From a virus (taxonomy: Duplodnaviria > Caudoviricetes), in the IMG/VR virus record IMGVR_UViG_3300048853_000015, positions 1-48,796 of that record: a stretch of DNA of 48,796 bases. The stretch is one strand, 5' to 3'. The notes under the pieces were generated by a model that saw nothing but the letters and a program-made list of their open reading frames with translations, had not been told where the DNA came from and made no database searches. The translations under genes and the position numbers were made by a program. Within the stretch, counting starts at the first letter, position 1. Each line of letters starts with the position of its first letter. Below, piece by piece: positions 34,156 to 42,257 of the stretch.

Positions 34156-34718
34156 GCTTCCCTCCCGGCATATAGGATGACCGGCGCGCGCGGCAGGCGA
34201 GGCTTCTCGGTCCAGACGTACCAGGCGTGATCCTCTGTCCCCGTCACGCCGTCGAGCGTCCAACTGATGCGATCGGTCAGCGCTATCTTCGCGGCGAAGC
34301 GAGGGTTCTTGCCGAAGAGATGCCCGCGGGTGTTGCCGAAATCGAACTTCGCGGTGAGGAGGAGGGCGACGAGGCCCTTGCAGCGGGTCAGAGCATACTC
34401 GGCGAAGAGACGGGCATCCCGGTTGCCTTTGCCGTATGGCGGGTTTGTGATGATCGCTGAGACGCTGGGCCATACCCCATGAGGCCGCAGGAAGTCATAG
34501 ATCGACTCATGCTCTCGGTCATAGGTGGCTATATCGGAGGTATGGACGAAGTCGGCCTGCTCTTTGAGGACGTCTGCCATCAGGTGATTGCCGGCGGCGG
34601 GCTCCCAGACTGTCATGCCGTTGACCGGGAAATGCCGTAATAGTGCCTCTGTCACCCACGGTTCCGTCTGGTAGAGGTCGTTCTCGGCGCGGGCGTATTT
34701 CGATGCAGTGACCGTCAT
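34152..34718 (-). CDS. Small orphan amino-DNA methyltransferase (likely m6A)
   Basis: DLYQTE, WEPAAGNH, IITNPPY motifs. Confidence 0.8.
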   Translation of the reverse strand: MTVTASKYARAENDLYQTEPWVTEALLRHFPVNGMTVWEPAAGNHLMADVLKEQADFVHTSDIATYDREHESIYDFLRPHGVWPSVSAIITNPPYGKGNRDARLFAEYALTRCKGLVALLLTAKFDFGNTRGHLFGKNPRFAAKIALTDRISWTLDGVTGTEDHAWYVWTEKPRLPRAPVILYAGREA

Positions 34719-35380
34719 GCCGCCACCGCCTTTTTCTGCGCGGCCGCTCCGGTGCGCAGCTCCATGAACCGCTGCTGCATCCATCCGATCGCCGGCACGT
34801 CGCACTTGTGCCAGCATGTGCAGACACCGACCGCTTCGGCCGCGTCCTTCTGGTCTTTCTTCGTCGAGGGAAGTTTGATGCCTTCGAGCTCGCAGCTATC
34901 AATGGCGGCCTGTTTCCAGTCGGGCTTGCCGTCCTTCAATTCACCGGTGCGGCGGTCGCGGATCTTCTCGACTGGCGGCTTGAAGCCCTTCCCGAAATAA
35001 ACCGGGCGCCAGGAGGTGGCGGCGATCGTGCCGTAAGGAACCTTCATCAGCATGCAGATGCCGATGGCGGCGCCGGCGATGCCTGTGAGCTGCAGCGCGG
35101 CCGGGTTGATCGTCATGACCGAGGCCTGTTGCCCGGTGAGATCGGGGCGCCCCTGCTTATTGAACTGGCGGACGCCATGTTCTGGGCGCTCGATCGCGAC
35201 GAAGTCGGGACGGTAGCGCTTGACGAGCGGATAGAAGAGGTTCGCGAAGATGGCGTATTTCTCTTCCCAGTCATATTCGGAGACCGAGATAACGCCGGTT
35301 TCGATGCTTGAGCGGTGGCGATCACTATCGCGGACGGCCCAGCCGGAATTCGATGACAGGTCGAGGCCCATGATGATCAT
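34715..35380 (-). CDS. RuvC-like Holliday junction resolvase
   Basis: IMGLDLSSNSGWA, VAIERP, DAAEAVG acidic triad. Confidence 0.7.
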   Translation of the reverse strand: MIIMGLDLSSNSGWAVRDSDRHRSSIETGVISVSEYDWEEKYAIFANLFYPLVKRYRPDFVAIERPEHGVRQFNKQGRPDLTGQQASVMTINPAALQLTGIAGAAIGICMLMKVPYGTIAATSWRPVYFGKGFKPPVEKIRDRRTGELKDGKPDWKQAAIDSCELEGIKLPSTKKDQKDAAEAVGVCTCWHKCDVPAIGWMQQRFMELRTGAAAQKKAVAA

Positions 35381-35997
35381 GCCCGCACCCTCCAGCAGAT
35401 CGCCGCATGCGCTTCGCAATACGGGCCCCGGTAGACAGGGGCGCCGCAGCAGGCCATATCGGGTCCGGGCTGATCACCTGATGCCGATACGGGGAACTTG
35501 CATTCCTTGGCCTTCAGTGAGGCGAAGGCGACAGGTTCACGGCCTAGAAGCTGATAGCGCCGGCCGTCGTAGAGCGATGTCGCTTCGATCTCTTCGAACA
35601 GAGCGTCGACATCGACCACCTTCCTCGCCTTCATCCGCTCACGCTTCGGGAAGCGAGCCCGGAACCGCCGGGTGATGTCCGACAGGGCGGCCTTGGTAAC
35701 TCCGAAGCGCTCGGCGATCTCGTCTGCGTGGACGCCTTCATTCCAGAGACGGCTTGCGGCATCGATCCGAGCCTCGGTCCATGCCGAATGAACCCGACCC
35801 TTGCCGAACCTCTCGGTTGCCGTATTCCTGGGGGAGAAGACATCGCGATTGCGGCTCACATAGCCGGACACGGCGCCGCGCGAGATGCAGAAGTGCTCCG
35901 CAATCTGCTTCATGGACTTGCCGTCGCGCCAGAGTTCGACCGCCTCGGCGTGGTTATCGTCATTCCAGATGTGGGTGCTCTGCAGCATTGCGCTCAC
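35377..35997 (-). CDS. GcrA-like regulator with duplicated HTH
   Basis: Two W...LW..G...IAE.F HTH units; C-terminal CKFPV...CCGAP...PYCEAH. Confidence 0.75.
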   Translation of the reverse strand: MSAMLQSTHIWNDDNHAEAVELWRDGKSMKQIAEHFCISRGAVSGYVSRNRDVFSPRNTATERFGKGRVHSAWTEARIDAASRLWNEGVHADEIAERFGVTKAALSDITRRFRARFPKRERMKARKVVDVDALFEEIEATSLYDGRRYQLLGREPVAFASLKAKECKFPVSASGDQPGPDMACCGAPVYRGPYCEAHAAICWRVRA

Positions 35998-36076
35998 CTT
36001 GAAGAAGAATGCCGCATTCGCGCGGCTTAGGTGGCGCTCGCGTCTTGGGAGGAAACCGCGAGCGCTGGGAGGGAAC

Positions 36077-36898
36077 TCAGATGACGGGATCGGGGCTCAC
36101 TTCGACGCGGCCAACGAACGTCATGTTGTTCTGCGCGCAGTAGCGGCGGAATGCGGCCTCGTGCAGCTCGCCGGGAAGCATGTCGATGGAGTGCCCGAGT
36201 GTGCCGCCCTTCCACGATCCCTTGCGGCGGCCGGTCTCTTTCGAAAATCTGATATCGAGATCGCGGCGAACCTTTGCGCGACGGAAGAGCGAGAGCCACT
36301 TGAACCAACCCGTTCCGAACCGCCACTCCCGCTCTTCGATGATCGTCCGGGCGAAGATGCGCTCGCCGTCGAAGTCGTCGAATTCAAACGAGGTGGAGGG
36401 GCATTGCTCCTTGGCGTCGATGCCGGCTCGGACTTTCCCTAGGGTGTCTCGGCAGTCCTTTTCGGGATCGGTCCAGAAGTGACCTCCGTCGAGGCCATAG
36501 AGGCTATGCCGGATGAACCGCCATTGCGTCCAAGGCAGGAAGCAACCCCAACGTTGTTCGGTGCTGCTATCGTGCGTCTGTCGACCGAGACTGACGTTCA
36601 GGTGGCCTTCGAAAATGGAGAACCCGTATTCTCTCGCGTGCTCAGCCCAGTAACCCTTATTCGGGGATGTCGACCACTCATAACGGGACGTGTCGACCCA
36701 AGTGCGCGACGGCTTGAGGATCGACGGGAGTTCTATAATCAGGGTATGCCCGAAAGCTGAGAGGCGGAGATTGCAGCCAGGATATTCGTCGTGGCCAGAG
36801 CCGAGGATTACCGAAAATGGCCGGTAGCTCTTGCTGTACGCATATGTGAACGGTCCAGCGTGGCGATCATTGTCGCCCCATCGACGAACGTTTCTCAT
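36077..36898 (-). CDS. Trp-rich hypothetical protein
   Basis: 273-aa ORF coupled by an ATGA overlap. Confidence 0.65.
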   Translation of the reverse strand: MRNVRRWGDNDRHAGPFTYAYSKSYRPFSVILGSGHDEYPGCNLRLSAFGHTLIIELPSILKPSRTWVDTSRYEWSTSPNKGYWAEHAREYGFSIFEGHLNVSLGRQTHDSSTEQRWGCFLPWTQWRFIRHSLYGLDGGHFWTDPEKDCRDTLGKVRAGIDAKEQCPSTSFEFDDFDGERIFARTIIEEREWRFGTGWFKWLSLFRRAKVRRDLDIRFSKETGRRKGSWKGGTLGHSIDMLPGELHEAAFRRYCAQNNMTFVGRVEVSPDPVI

Positions 36899-37443
36899 TC
36901 CGATGCCTCCGCAAACGGATCATCCGAATCCGAAATGGGTTCCTCTTTCGAGGCCGCTGCGGTGATGCGCGCGAGGATGTCGGGAATTTCTGTCTCGTAT
37001 TCGGCCCGTCCGGCGTCGAAACTTTCCAGCCAGAGCTTGTCGTCTGCACTGCCGGCGTCATAACCGGAGACCCTGTCCAGCCCCGTCAGGCCGGCGTGGA
37101 AGCCCTTGGCCTGGATCATCTGTTCTTTGGTGGCGCGGTCGGCGAGAAGGTCGCCCTGCGGGTTTTCGTGGACGAGGCCGAGCCATATCAAGTTTTCACG
37201 CTCGGACTTGTGTTTGTCGACCGGCTTTTGCTGATCCTCGGCAAGGAAGGACTTCAGGTAGTGGTCAAGCTTCGCAGCCGGGAAACCCGATGCCTTAGCG
37301 TTCTGGCGGTTGGACTTCTTCTGCTCGTTCAACTCGCGTATCTGGGCCGCGATGTCGCGATCCTTGCGGTGGTAGTAGCTGAACAGCGTGCGGCGCTCGC
37401 GTTCGGCCTTTTCCGTGTCATTCACCAGGGCGGCTGTCGTCAT
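36895..37443 (-). CDS. GapR/DUF2312-like protein with a C-terminal RMF-like motif
   Basis: AKASGF helical region; KGFHAGLTG...Y...WLESFDAG. Confidence 0.5.
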   Translation of the reverse strand: MTTAALVNDTEKAERERRTLFSYYHRKDRDIAAQIRELNEQKKSNRQNAKASGFPAAKLDHYLKSFLAEDQQKPVDKHKSERENLIWLGLVHENPQGDLLADRATKEQMIQAKGFHAGLTGLDRVSGYDAGSADDKLWLESFDAGRAEYETEIPDILARITAAASKEEPISDSDDPFAEASE

Positions 37444-37865
37444 GTCTTGTGCCTTTCCATTTGAGCTTCAATTTTCGAGCGAAGAGCCTGAAGCTCAGCG
37501 CCAAGATCTTCAAAATGCTCACTCCCGAACCTCGCTTTCTCAATCTCAATCTGTTGCAGCAGAGACGCTGCCATCTTGCCGCATTGCTCGAGGTACGCCG
37601 CATGGATCCGAGCAAAGAGCGAGATGCCCGGGTCCTTCGTTTCACCATTCACAAGCCTCCGCAGGGAACGAGCGGTCATGCCTACGCGGCGCCCAACTCG
37701 CTCCAGTGCGTTCAACTGGTCGCCATTCCCCCGGCTCTCCAGTTCGATCATTTTTCTCGCGTATGCCGCCGCTAAATCGGGGGTGAACGCGTTTACGCCA
37801 CTCATCGCCTTCGCCTCTCTCTTCTTGTTGTCGTTTGCCAAAAACTGGTCTGAGGTTTTCCGCAT
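37440..37865 (-). CDS. CII-like / HTH regulator
   Basis: ALERVGRRVGMTARSLRRLVNGETK; start uncertain (37865 or 37805). Confidence 0.55.
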   Translation of the reverse strand: MRKTSDQFLANDNKKREAKAMSGVNAFTPDLAAAYARKMIELESRGNGDQLNALERVGRRVGMTARSLRRLVNGETKDPGISLFARIHAAYLEQCGKMAASLLQQIEIEKARFGSEHFEDLGAELQALRSKIEAQMERHKT

Positions 37866-38060
37866 GTCGCCCGAAGCTCCTGATAGGTTGAACCCATCAG
37901 AGCGGCGGACACGGAAGGAGTTAAGCCCGCCCCGCATAGGCAACCCGGCGGATTTGCCGAGGTGCACTACCCGCAAACGCGGGACGAGAATTGATGATCG
38001 AACCGAGCATGGCGCCGACTGTCGCCAAACAAAGAGGCGCCGTTGCTCTGGTCAAAATGT

Positions 38061-38276
38061 TCATTGAAATCTCGCTGCGTACTCTTCGCGGCGAGCGCGT
38101 GAGAGAGGCGCGAAATCAGCATCAAGCTGCGCCTGATCTGCCTCGTAGTCGGGCTGATCGTATGGGCCGCCTTTCCGGCAAAGAATCCAAGCCAGCAGAA
38201 TGCACAGGCCCAGCCATGAAAAGCCGCCGATCACCGTCAATTCAAGCGGCGAAAAGTGAATGCCGAGGATTGTCAT
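38061..38276 (-). CDS. Small single-TM protein
   Basis: Hydrophobic stretch VIGGFSWLGLCILLAWIL. Confidence 0.55.
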   Translation of the reverse strand: MTILGIHFSPLELTVIGGFSWLGLCILLAWILCRKGGPYDQPDYEADQAQLDADFAPLSRARREEYAARFQ

Positions 38277-38512
38277 TGCCCACTCCCTACGTCTTCGATG
38301 ATCGGAAGGTTGATGCTCTGATGACCGAGTTCGGGACTACGACGCGAAGGCGTCGGCCACGGCTGCCAGGCGATTGGTTGCTCGCCCTTGACGAACCCCG
38401 CCCAGCGACCCTCCTTCTCGATCCAATAGGTCTTGCTGACCTTTCCGCATTTCGTTTCGAGGATGACGGCGCAATCACGCGGCGCGCCGGCGATGTCGAA
38501 GTTCCAGCTCAT
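38273..38512 (-). CDS. Small hypothetical protein (DUF551-like)
   Basis: MSWNFDIAGAPRD...PIAWQPWP pattern. Confidence 0.6.
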   Translation of the reverse strand: MSWNFDIAGAPRDCAVILETKCGKVSKTYWIEKEGRWAGFVKGEQPIAWQPWPTPSRRSPELGHQSINLPIIEDVGSGQ

Positions 38513-38535
38513 TGCAACCTCGCAGAGGGAATCAA

Positions 38536-38793
38536 ATGCCGCTGACGGTCGGAAAAATCCGCTTCAAGCCCGGCGATGACGGCACGGCCGTAATCTTCGA
38601 CCTGGGCGCCCCGACGCTCTTCGCTGATCTCGTGACCGAGATGGAAGAGGCGGACGGCGTTGTACGCGTGACCTTTGCCGCCCTGTCGAAGAACGGAGAC
38701 GGACTGCACAAGGCTATCGTTGTTGCTCGCGTACGGATGCCGAAGGTACTGGCTCGGCAATTGCTTAAGGCTTTGAAGGGGCTGGGTCCGTGA
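38536..38793 (+). CDS. Antisense small gene inside the early operon
   Basis: SD GAGGGA; globular-looking APTLFADLV...VRVTF...VVARVRMP..LARQL. Confidence 0.55.
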   Translation: MPLTVGKIRFKPGDDGTAVIFDLGAPTLFADLVTEMEEADGVVRVTFAALSKNGDGLHKAIVVARVRMPKVLARQLLKALKGLGP

Positions 38794-38795
38794 AG

Positions 38796-39107
38796 TCATT
38801 GATCGACCTCCGCCAGCCAGGAATTGAAGTTAACCTCGCCGCCTGTCGCCCTCTTGATCTTAGCGATCATCTTCCAGTTTGGACGGAGGCGCCCGTTGAT
38901 GAATCGGCTGAGGTGAACACGGTGAACCCCGATGATCTCGGCAAACTTCTCTTGCGTGAGCCCCGAACCTTTCAGCCACTCATTGAGCGTTTTCGCAGTC
39001 GGTCCAGGGACATGAAGCGATGCACGCTCGACCTCCGTCACGTTCACCGTGAGGTTCTCACCGCTGACGATGACGCGGGCGCCATTGACTTCGAATTCGA
39101 TGATCAT
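38796..39107 (-). CDS. XRE-family HTH protein
   Basis: LNEWLKGSGLTQEKFAEIIGVHRVHLSRFINGRLRP. Confidence 0.8.
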   Translation of the reverse strand: MIIEFEVNGARVIVSGENLTVNVTEVERASLHVPGPTAKTLNEWLKGSGLTQEKFAEIIGVHRVHLSRFINGRLRPNWKMIAKIKRATGGEVNFNSWLAEVDQ

Positions 39108-39355
39108 TGGGCCGCCTCGGACATGTTCGGGCGATTGACCGCCTCCGGCCACTCGGCGCCCTCAGGCCAATTCCTCGAGAACCAGCCGACAACCTCGTCG
39201 TATTTCTTGGCGGTGAAGGTCTTCCCTTCCCTGATGCGGGAGAAGAAGCGGCCGTCTGCTGCGCAGAGCCGACCGACAGTTGCTTCGCCGAGTTCCCGAG
39301 CCGCTCGGAAGCGCTCTGAGAGGGTGATGAGGTGATTTGCGAGTTCTGTTTCCAT
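39104..39355 (-). CDS. Cro-like regulator
   Basis: Divergent from cI; ATVGRLCAADGRFFSRIREG motif; starts 6 nt after the -10 box (leaderless). Confidence 0.75.
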   Translation of the reverse strand: METELANHLITLSERFRAARELGEATVGRLCAADGRFFSRIREGKTFTAKKYDEVVGWFSRNWPEGAEWPEAVNRPNMSEAAQ

Positions 39356-39361
39356 AAGTTG

Positions 39362-39435
39362 GTTATAGTGGGAAACATCCCACTATGCAATAGGAAACTT
39401 CCCATTCGCCAACGATAGTGGAAAAAACCTATGTT
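39362..39435. promoter_or_regulatory. OR-like operators with divergent promoters
   Basis: Perfect inverted repeat ATAGTGGGA-AACA-TCCCACTAT (39365-39386); second site 39389-39406; degenerate third site near 39416-39433; minus-strand TTGCAT-N17-TATAAC (39390-39362). Confidence 0.8.
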
Positions 39436-39441
39436 CGCGGC

Positions 39442-40206
39442 ATGCCGAGTCTGAAAGAAATCGTTGAAAACCGCCTCTCTGAGCTGGGTCTGGGCCCGGT
39501 CGAGGCAGCCGTGCACGGCGGCATCGAGCGCACCTTCATTCGCGATATCGTCGAGGGGAAGAAGAAGTCTGTCCGATCGGACAAAATGGCGGCCCTGGCG
39601 CGAGCCTTGAGGTTGGATGCAGCGGCTTTAGCGAGAAACGAGATGGTGCGCTTGAACGGTGACGCCGGGCCCACGCTCGTTGCCAGTTACGATCCTGACG
39701 CCGATGATAGCGCACCGCAGGGATACTCTCGCGAGCATTGGCGCGCTCACGTCAAAGGCGCGATTCCAGAAATCGACGTGAAGTTGGGCGCGGGTGAGGG
39801 ATCGATCGGAGGCGTGATCAACCTACCGGTCAGCTCGTCGAGCATGTCTGGACATCAAGTGGTTGCCGAGTGGCTGATCCCCGACGCCTACCTACGGAAT
39901 GAAGTCCGCGCTTCACCGTCGCATACGCTGATCATGGAGGTAGTGGGTGATTCTATGTTCCCGACATACTCGCCGGGGGATCGCGTGATCGTCGATTTGT
40001 CTCAGGACAGGTTGGTTTCAGACACGGTTTACGCGATCAGCGATGGATACTCAGAGCCGCAAATTAAGCGCCTGCAGCGCGTTCCTTTCAGCGAGCCGAC
40101 TGAGGTCCGGATCATCTCCGACAACCCGAACCTTGAGACGTTCACCGTCGAGCTGTCGCGCGTGCAGATCATCGGCAGGATCTGCGGTCACATCGCCAGA
40201 AAATAG
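39442..40206 (+). CDS. cI: CI-like repressor (HTH + S24 autopeptidase)
   Basis: N-terminal HTH; LGAG cleavage region; VVGDSMFP (Ser); IKRL (Lys). Confidence 0.9.
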   Translation: MPSLKEIVENRLSELGLGPVEAAVHGGIERTFIRDIVEGKKKSVRSDKMAALARALRLDAAALARNEMVRLNGDAGPTLVASYDPDADDSAPQGYSREHWRAHVKGAIPEIDVKLGAGEGSIGGVINLPVSSSSMSGHQVVAEWLIPDAYLRNEVRASPSHTLIMEVVGDSMFPTYSPGDRVIVDLSQDRLVSDTVYAISDGYSEPQIKRLQRVPFSEPTEVRIISDNPNLETFTVELSRVQIIGRICGHIARK

Positions 40207-40563
40207 TCACTCTCGTAAAAACCTCTCATCTCTCGTCCGGATATCGGCAACAACGATCCCCACAACCAGGGCATCGAATTGCTTCCGGCTGAGACATTGG
40301 GGCCTCGATCTTCGGTTTTCCTGGGAGAGTCTTAGGCCACCCGCCCCGTCAAACGAGCTGCTGACGCGATACAGGTCGACTCCAGTTCCGATGTCCACTA
40401 GGTAAACGCCCTCTCCCTCGTATGAAGCTACCGGCGCCAAAAGCGCGTAATCTCGGCCGCTGCGGAGCGTTGGCTCCATCGAGTCCGTCTGCACCGCATG
40501 CACGCGGAAGCGACTCGAAAGGACATTTTCAGGCGGTATATCCGGAATGCGAAACTCATACAT
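40207..40563 (-). CDS. Stand-alone S24/CI-CTD-like protein lacking the HTH and catalytic Lys
   Basis: VQTDSMEPTL...GEGVYLV...LYRV...LSQEN...VVGIV; SD GAGGG. Confidence 0.65.
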   Translation of the reverse strand: MYEFRIPDIPPENVLSSRFRVHAVQTDSMEPTLRSGRDYALLAPVASYEGEGVYLVDIGTGVDLYRVSSSFDGAGGLRLSQENRRSRPQCLSRKQFDALVVGIVVADIRTRDERFLRE

Positions 40564-40863
40564 TTGGCCCTCGCTGAAATTGCGCTCCCAAGCGGCGCAG
40601 GAGCAACGTTAGCGCAGCCGGTGGTCTTGGCGAGGCAAATTTTTTTGACGCGAAGTGTCATACTTTTCGCAACCGAAAACAGAACGCTTCAACTTTTAAG
40701 ACAGTTTTGTGACAAGCCGCTAAGTTTCGACCGTCAGATTTTTGGGGTTCCATGAGCGATGGTTAAAGAGGCGAATAGCTCAACGCGGAATACATCCCAA
40801 TGCGAGGCATGTTCTATGGTTGTGCCAGTGGATCACATTTCTGTGAGATGGGTAATCTGGAGT

Positions 40864-41155
40864 TAGAGAGACCATTAAACCTCGACTCTCTCTACGTACC
40901 TTTCCTTGAACATCTGAGGTTCTGAACTTGAGAGAGGGAGGGAGTGAAGGCAAAGCTTCCCCCTACCCCATGGATCAAGTCCAAGAGGCGGGGAAAGCGT
41001 TACCTTAGCTTCTGAACCATCGGTCGGTCGGTCGCTATTGGCAGAACCGCTTCTCAGTCGGCTCGTCCTCATTTTCTGGCAGCACAGTAGGACTCACGCT
41101 TCCCGCGCCGTGGGCTTCACCAGCTCGGGAGTTGCACCCGGTCGCCCATCGATCG
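40864..41155 (-). ncRNA. Candidate structured ncRNA
   Basis: 60-nt hairpin at 40947-41006 with G-U pairs on the minus strand only, further stems, and an upstream minus-strand TTGACA at 41191-41186. Confidence 0.5.
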
Positions 41156-41157
41156 AC

Positions 41158-41250
41158 GGTAGGAATAATCCCTTCCATCCCACTCTGTCAAAAGAAAAAT
41201 AGGAAATGTCCCACTTTCCTATTTACAGGTAGGAATTTTCCCACTACATT
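41158..41250. promoter_or_regulatory. OL-like operators and rightward early promoter
   Basis: 18-bp sites at 41158-41175, 41198-41215 and 41228-41245 match the OR sites; TTTACA-N17-TACATT at 41222-41250. Confidence 0.8.
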
Positions 41251-41299
41251 CGTTCTCATCAACACCGGCAAGCGGGCCGGGCAGATGGGGATGACGAAG

Positions 41300-41560
41300 A
41301 TGGCAGAGACAGCAGAAAAGATTTCCGAAGTCGCGGTGATGCTGCGCCAGAACTTCGCGAGCTTTTGCGATGCCGACACATTTCCCGGCGTCGAGACATT
41401 TGCCGACGCCATGGAGGCCGCTGGCTTCATTGAGCTTGTACCGGTCACCAAAGCTGCATTGGAGGATGCTTTCGCCGCAGAGCGAGGAATAGAGCCGGGA
41501 GGCATGATGTGGCAGCTCACTGAGGCTGGGCGCGCTGCTCTGGCGAAGGCAGGTGCGTGA
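41300..41560 (+). CDS. Hypothetical early protein
   Basis: First ORF after the promoter; WQLTEAGRAAL winged-helix-like end; start may be 41285-41300. Confidence 0.6.
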   Translation: MAETAEKISEVAVMLRQNFASFCDADTFPGVETFADAMEAAGFIELVPVTKAALEDAFAAERGIEPGGMMWQLTEAGRAALAKAGA

Positions 41561-41799
41561 TGAGAACGATCGTCACCCGCTACCGCGTCGAAGACGCCCG
41601 AGGCCGCGTCCTGACCGGCGAAGGATGGTTCTCTCGCGAGACCGACGACGCGCTGAGGTTCTGGGACGCCGATGCAGCCCACGATGCGGCAAGCGAGCAT
41701 CCCGGCGCGACGGTTGAAAGCTTCCAGTGCCTGTCTGAGTTCCCCGGCTTCTCCGCGCACCGCGAGGCTGTTGGTGAGTTTCTCCGGAGGGCTGGCTGA
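41557..41799 (+). CDS. Hypothetical protein
   Basis: Overlapping start/stop chain. Confidence 0.55.
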   Translation: MMRTIVTRYRVEDARGRVLTGEGWFSRETDDALRFWDADAAHDAASEHPGATVESFQCLSEFPGFSAHREAVGEFLRRAG

Positions 41800-42119
41800 T
41801 GCGGAACCACAAGCTTTATCAGGCGGCCATCGCCTCCCAGCACATCACGGAAGAGCTGCTTATCGCTTACGGCGAGCAGAGGACCGAACCGTTGGTTTCC
41901 GTCAGCAGGGTCAGGACTGCGCACAGCTATCTGCGGGAGCTGGCCGGCCTCTTGGGTTTCAAGATCGTCGAGAATGGAACTGACGCAGCCGACGAGCAGC
42001 TCATACAGCGTGCAGTAAAGCGGATCCGGAAACGGGCGTATCAGGCACCTTACAGCCACCGGATGCTGGAGCTTGCCGATGAGATCGAAGCTCTCGTGGG
42101 GAAGGAGTTGGCGCAATGA
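41799..42119 (+). CDS. Hypothetical protein
   Basis: SD GGAGG; TGATG overlap. Confidence 0.6.
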   Translation: MRNHKLYQAAIASQHITEELLIAYGEQRTEPLVSVSRVRTAHSYLRELAGLLGFKIVENGTDAADEQLIQRAVKRIRKRAYQAPYSHRMLELADEIEALVGKELAQ

Positions 42120-42257
42120 TCCTCCCTCCTGATCGCGTCGTCGAGCTCCACCCGCTCCCAGAGCCGCCACCCCGACACCACTACTGGGTCGCTCCCTTCG
42201 GGATGCTGATCCCCTTCCTGCAATTCGTTCCGAAATTCTTTCTGTGAGGCAACCGAC

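Noticed and set aside
32671-34473. 600-aa DnaB and other long N-terminal extensions in the ORF track (18941-19918, 16285-16872, 43291-44382, 47480-48667)
   Set aside because: The extensions overlap upstream genes; internal starts with SD or ATGA coupling fit better.
40660-40700. Alphaproteobacterial LexA box (GAAC-N7-GAAC) upstream of the CI-CTD gene
   Set aside because: Only one good half-site at the right spacing.
40875-41072. 65-aa minus-strand ORF as a gene or initiator remnant
   Set aside because: No clear SD or motif; it coincides with strong RNA stems. Not fully excluded.
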